Positions 62,967-64,000 of a stretch of DNA of 64,000 nucleotides are shown piece after piece. The DNA lies in the NCBI RefSeq assembly GCF_018350175.1, contig NC_058368.1, positions 205,036,001 to 205,100,000 on the forward strand, in the 5' to 3' direction. Made by a program: the position numbers and the translations under genes. Numbering within the stretch: position 1 is the first letter of the stretch; the number at the start of each line of letters is the position of its first letter. The notes beneath the pieces are model-generated. The model was not told the DNA's origin, did no database searches, and saw nothing but the letters and a program-made list of their open reading frames with translations. The DNA comes from Felis catus. Lineage: Eukaryota.

Positions 62967-64000
62967 CCTGCAAAGATGCTATGAGACAGAGCAGATGGTG
63001 ACTCTCAAGCTGGCTAGGGTCTGGTGGATGGGACCAGGCAAGGTGAGAGCAATGAGTGGTGCCAGGCATGTCATGGGACCAGGTTGGATCCTTATGCAGC
63101 ACCTCTGTTTCCTTCTCTGCTCACGTCTGGCAAGGAAGGGACTAGGAGGTTAGATTAGAAAAGGAGGTTTGAGTTAGCCTCTGAAAAGCCTGAAAGTACG
63201 GGTAGCTACATCCCCATTTGCTGAAGGTCCATCTTACTATAAGGGAGGGGAGTTCTACAGGGATGTTAAAGAGTGGAAGGTTTCTTGCTCCCAGCCCAAC
63301 CAGCCTGGTTTTGAGTTTGTAGAATTTTCCATCTAACACAATTTCCCAGTACACTGGATCCTCATTCTCAACCAACACACTCCCTGTTGCTTTTAATCCA
63401 CAGGCCAGAACAAATCATAATCATGCTTTTAAAGGCAAGAGGGTAAGTTTACCCATAACCATACCAATAGGTATAGAACATATGCCGGCACTGTCTTATT
63501 TTCTACTTCCGAGGCTTTTCCTCTTTAATTGTGAATTTATCACTGTTTAATTGATAACTAAATTGCCTGGAAGTCTGATATCAAGATAAGTAAGGTTTTA
63601 TTTTAATCAGAAAATAATTCCTTTCAAATTTACCATCTGAAAAGCATGCAGGTCTTATCCCTTGGGAGCTAATTATGGTACCTTCATGATGATGAGAATG
63701 GCAGCTCAGCTTGACCCAGGAAACAGATCATGCCCTAGGTAATATAGACCATTTTTTTCCTCTATACAGACACTACATTCCCACAATGCTAACTACTTTT
63801 TCCCACAATACCAATGTGAAGACACCTGAAGATACCAGACAATCTGAAGACACCTTGTTTTCTCAATGCCTTCTTCACAGGCTTCATCTATACATCTCCA
63901 TCTACCCTCCTCTTTGTCTTTCTGAAAAAATGCCCATTTATCTTTTTATCAGCTGGATCATTTCTTTTTTTCTGTGAAGCTTCCCCTGATCCACCCCTTC

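Noticed and set aside
1..64000. CRISPR array, operon, CpG island, rRNA or mitochondrial insertion
   Set aside because: No regularly spaced repeat-spacer structure, no dense coding, CpGs concentrated only in young SINEs, and no rRNA or mtDNA-like sequence recognised.

Overview
Mammalian nuclear DNA, almost certainly a felid (cat family). This is inferred from about 18 tRNA-derived Can-SINEs, including a young SINEC_Fc-type copy, and L1_Fc-type LINE 3' ends. The window is AT-rich and CpG-poor and looks intergenic or deep intronic. A large part is transposable-element fossils: an ERVL gag-pro-pol remnant at the left edge, young and old L1 copies, L2, MIR, a probable L4, ERV1 solo LTRs, MaLR/ERVL LTRs, hAT-Charlie (MER58, MER5, MER20, MER119-like) and Tigger elements, plus microsatellites. 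I could not recognise any host protein-coding gene, RNA gene, CpG island or CRISPR array. The recognisable ORFs in the track are L1 or ERVL fragments, and the rest look like chance ORFs. I found no convincing new biological system. The best second-look items are an L1 with an apparent 3' transduction, a twin-primed (5'-inverted) old L1 with nested insertions, a SINE tail plus a full SINE inside one TSD pair, a perfect 19-bp inverted repeat in non-repeat DNA, and a few speculative splice-site-bounded micro-exons. Repeat subfamily names are from memory of consensus sequences and need RepeatMasker/Dfam confirmation. Boundaries without a TSD are approximate.
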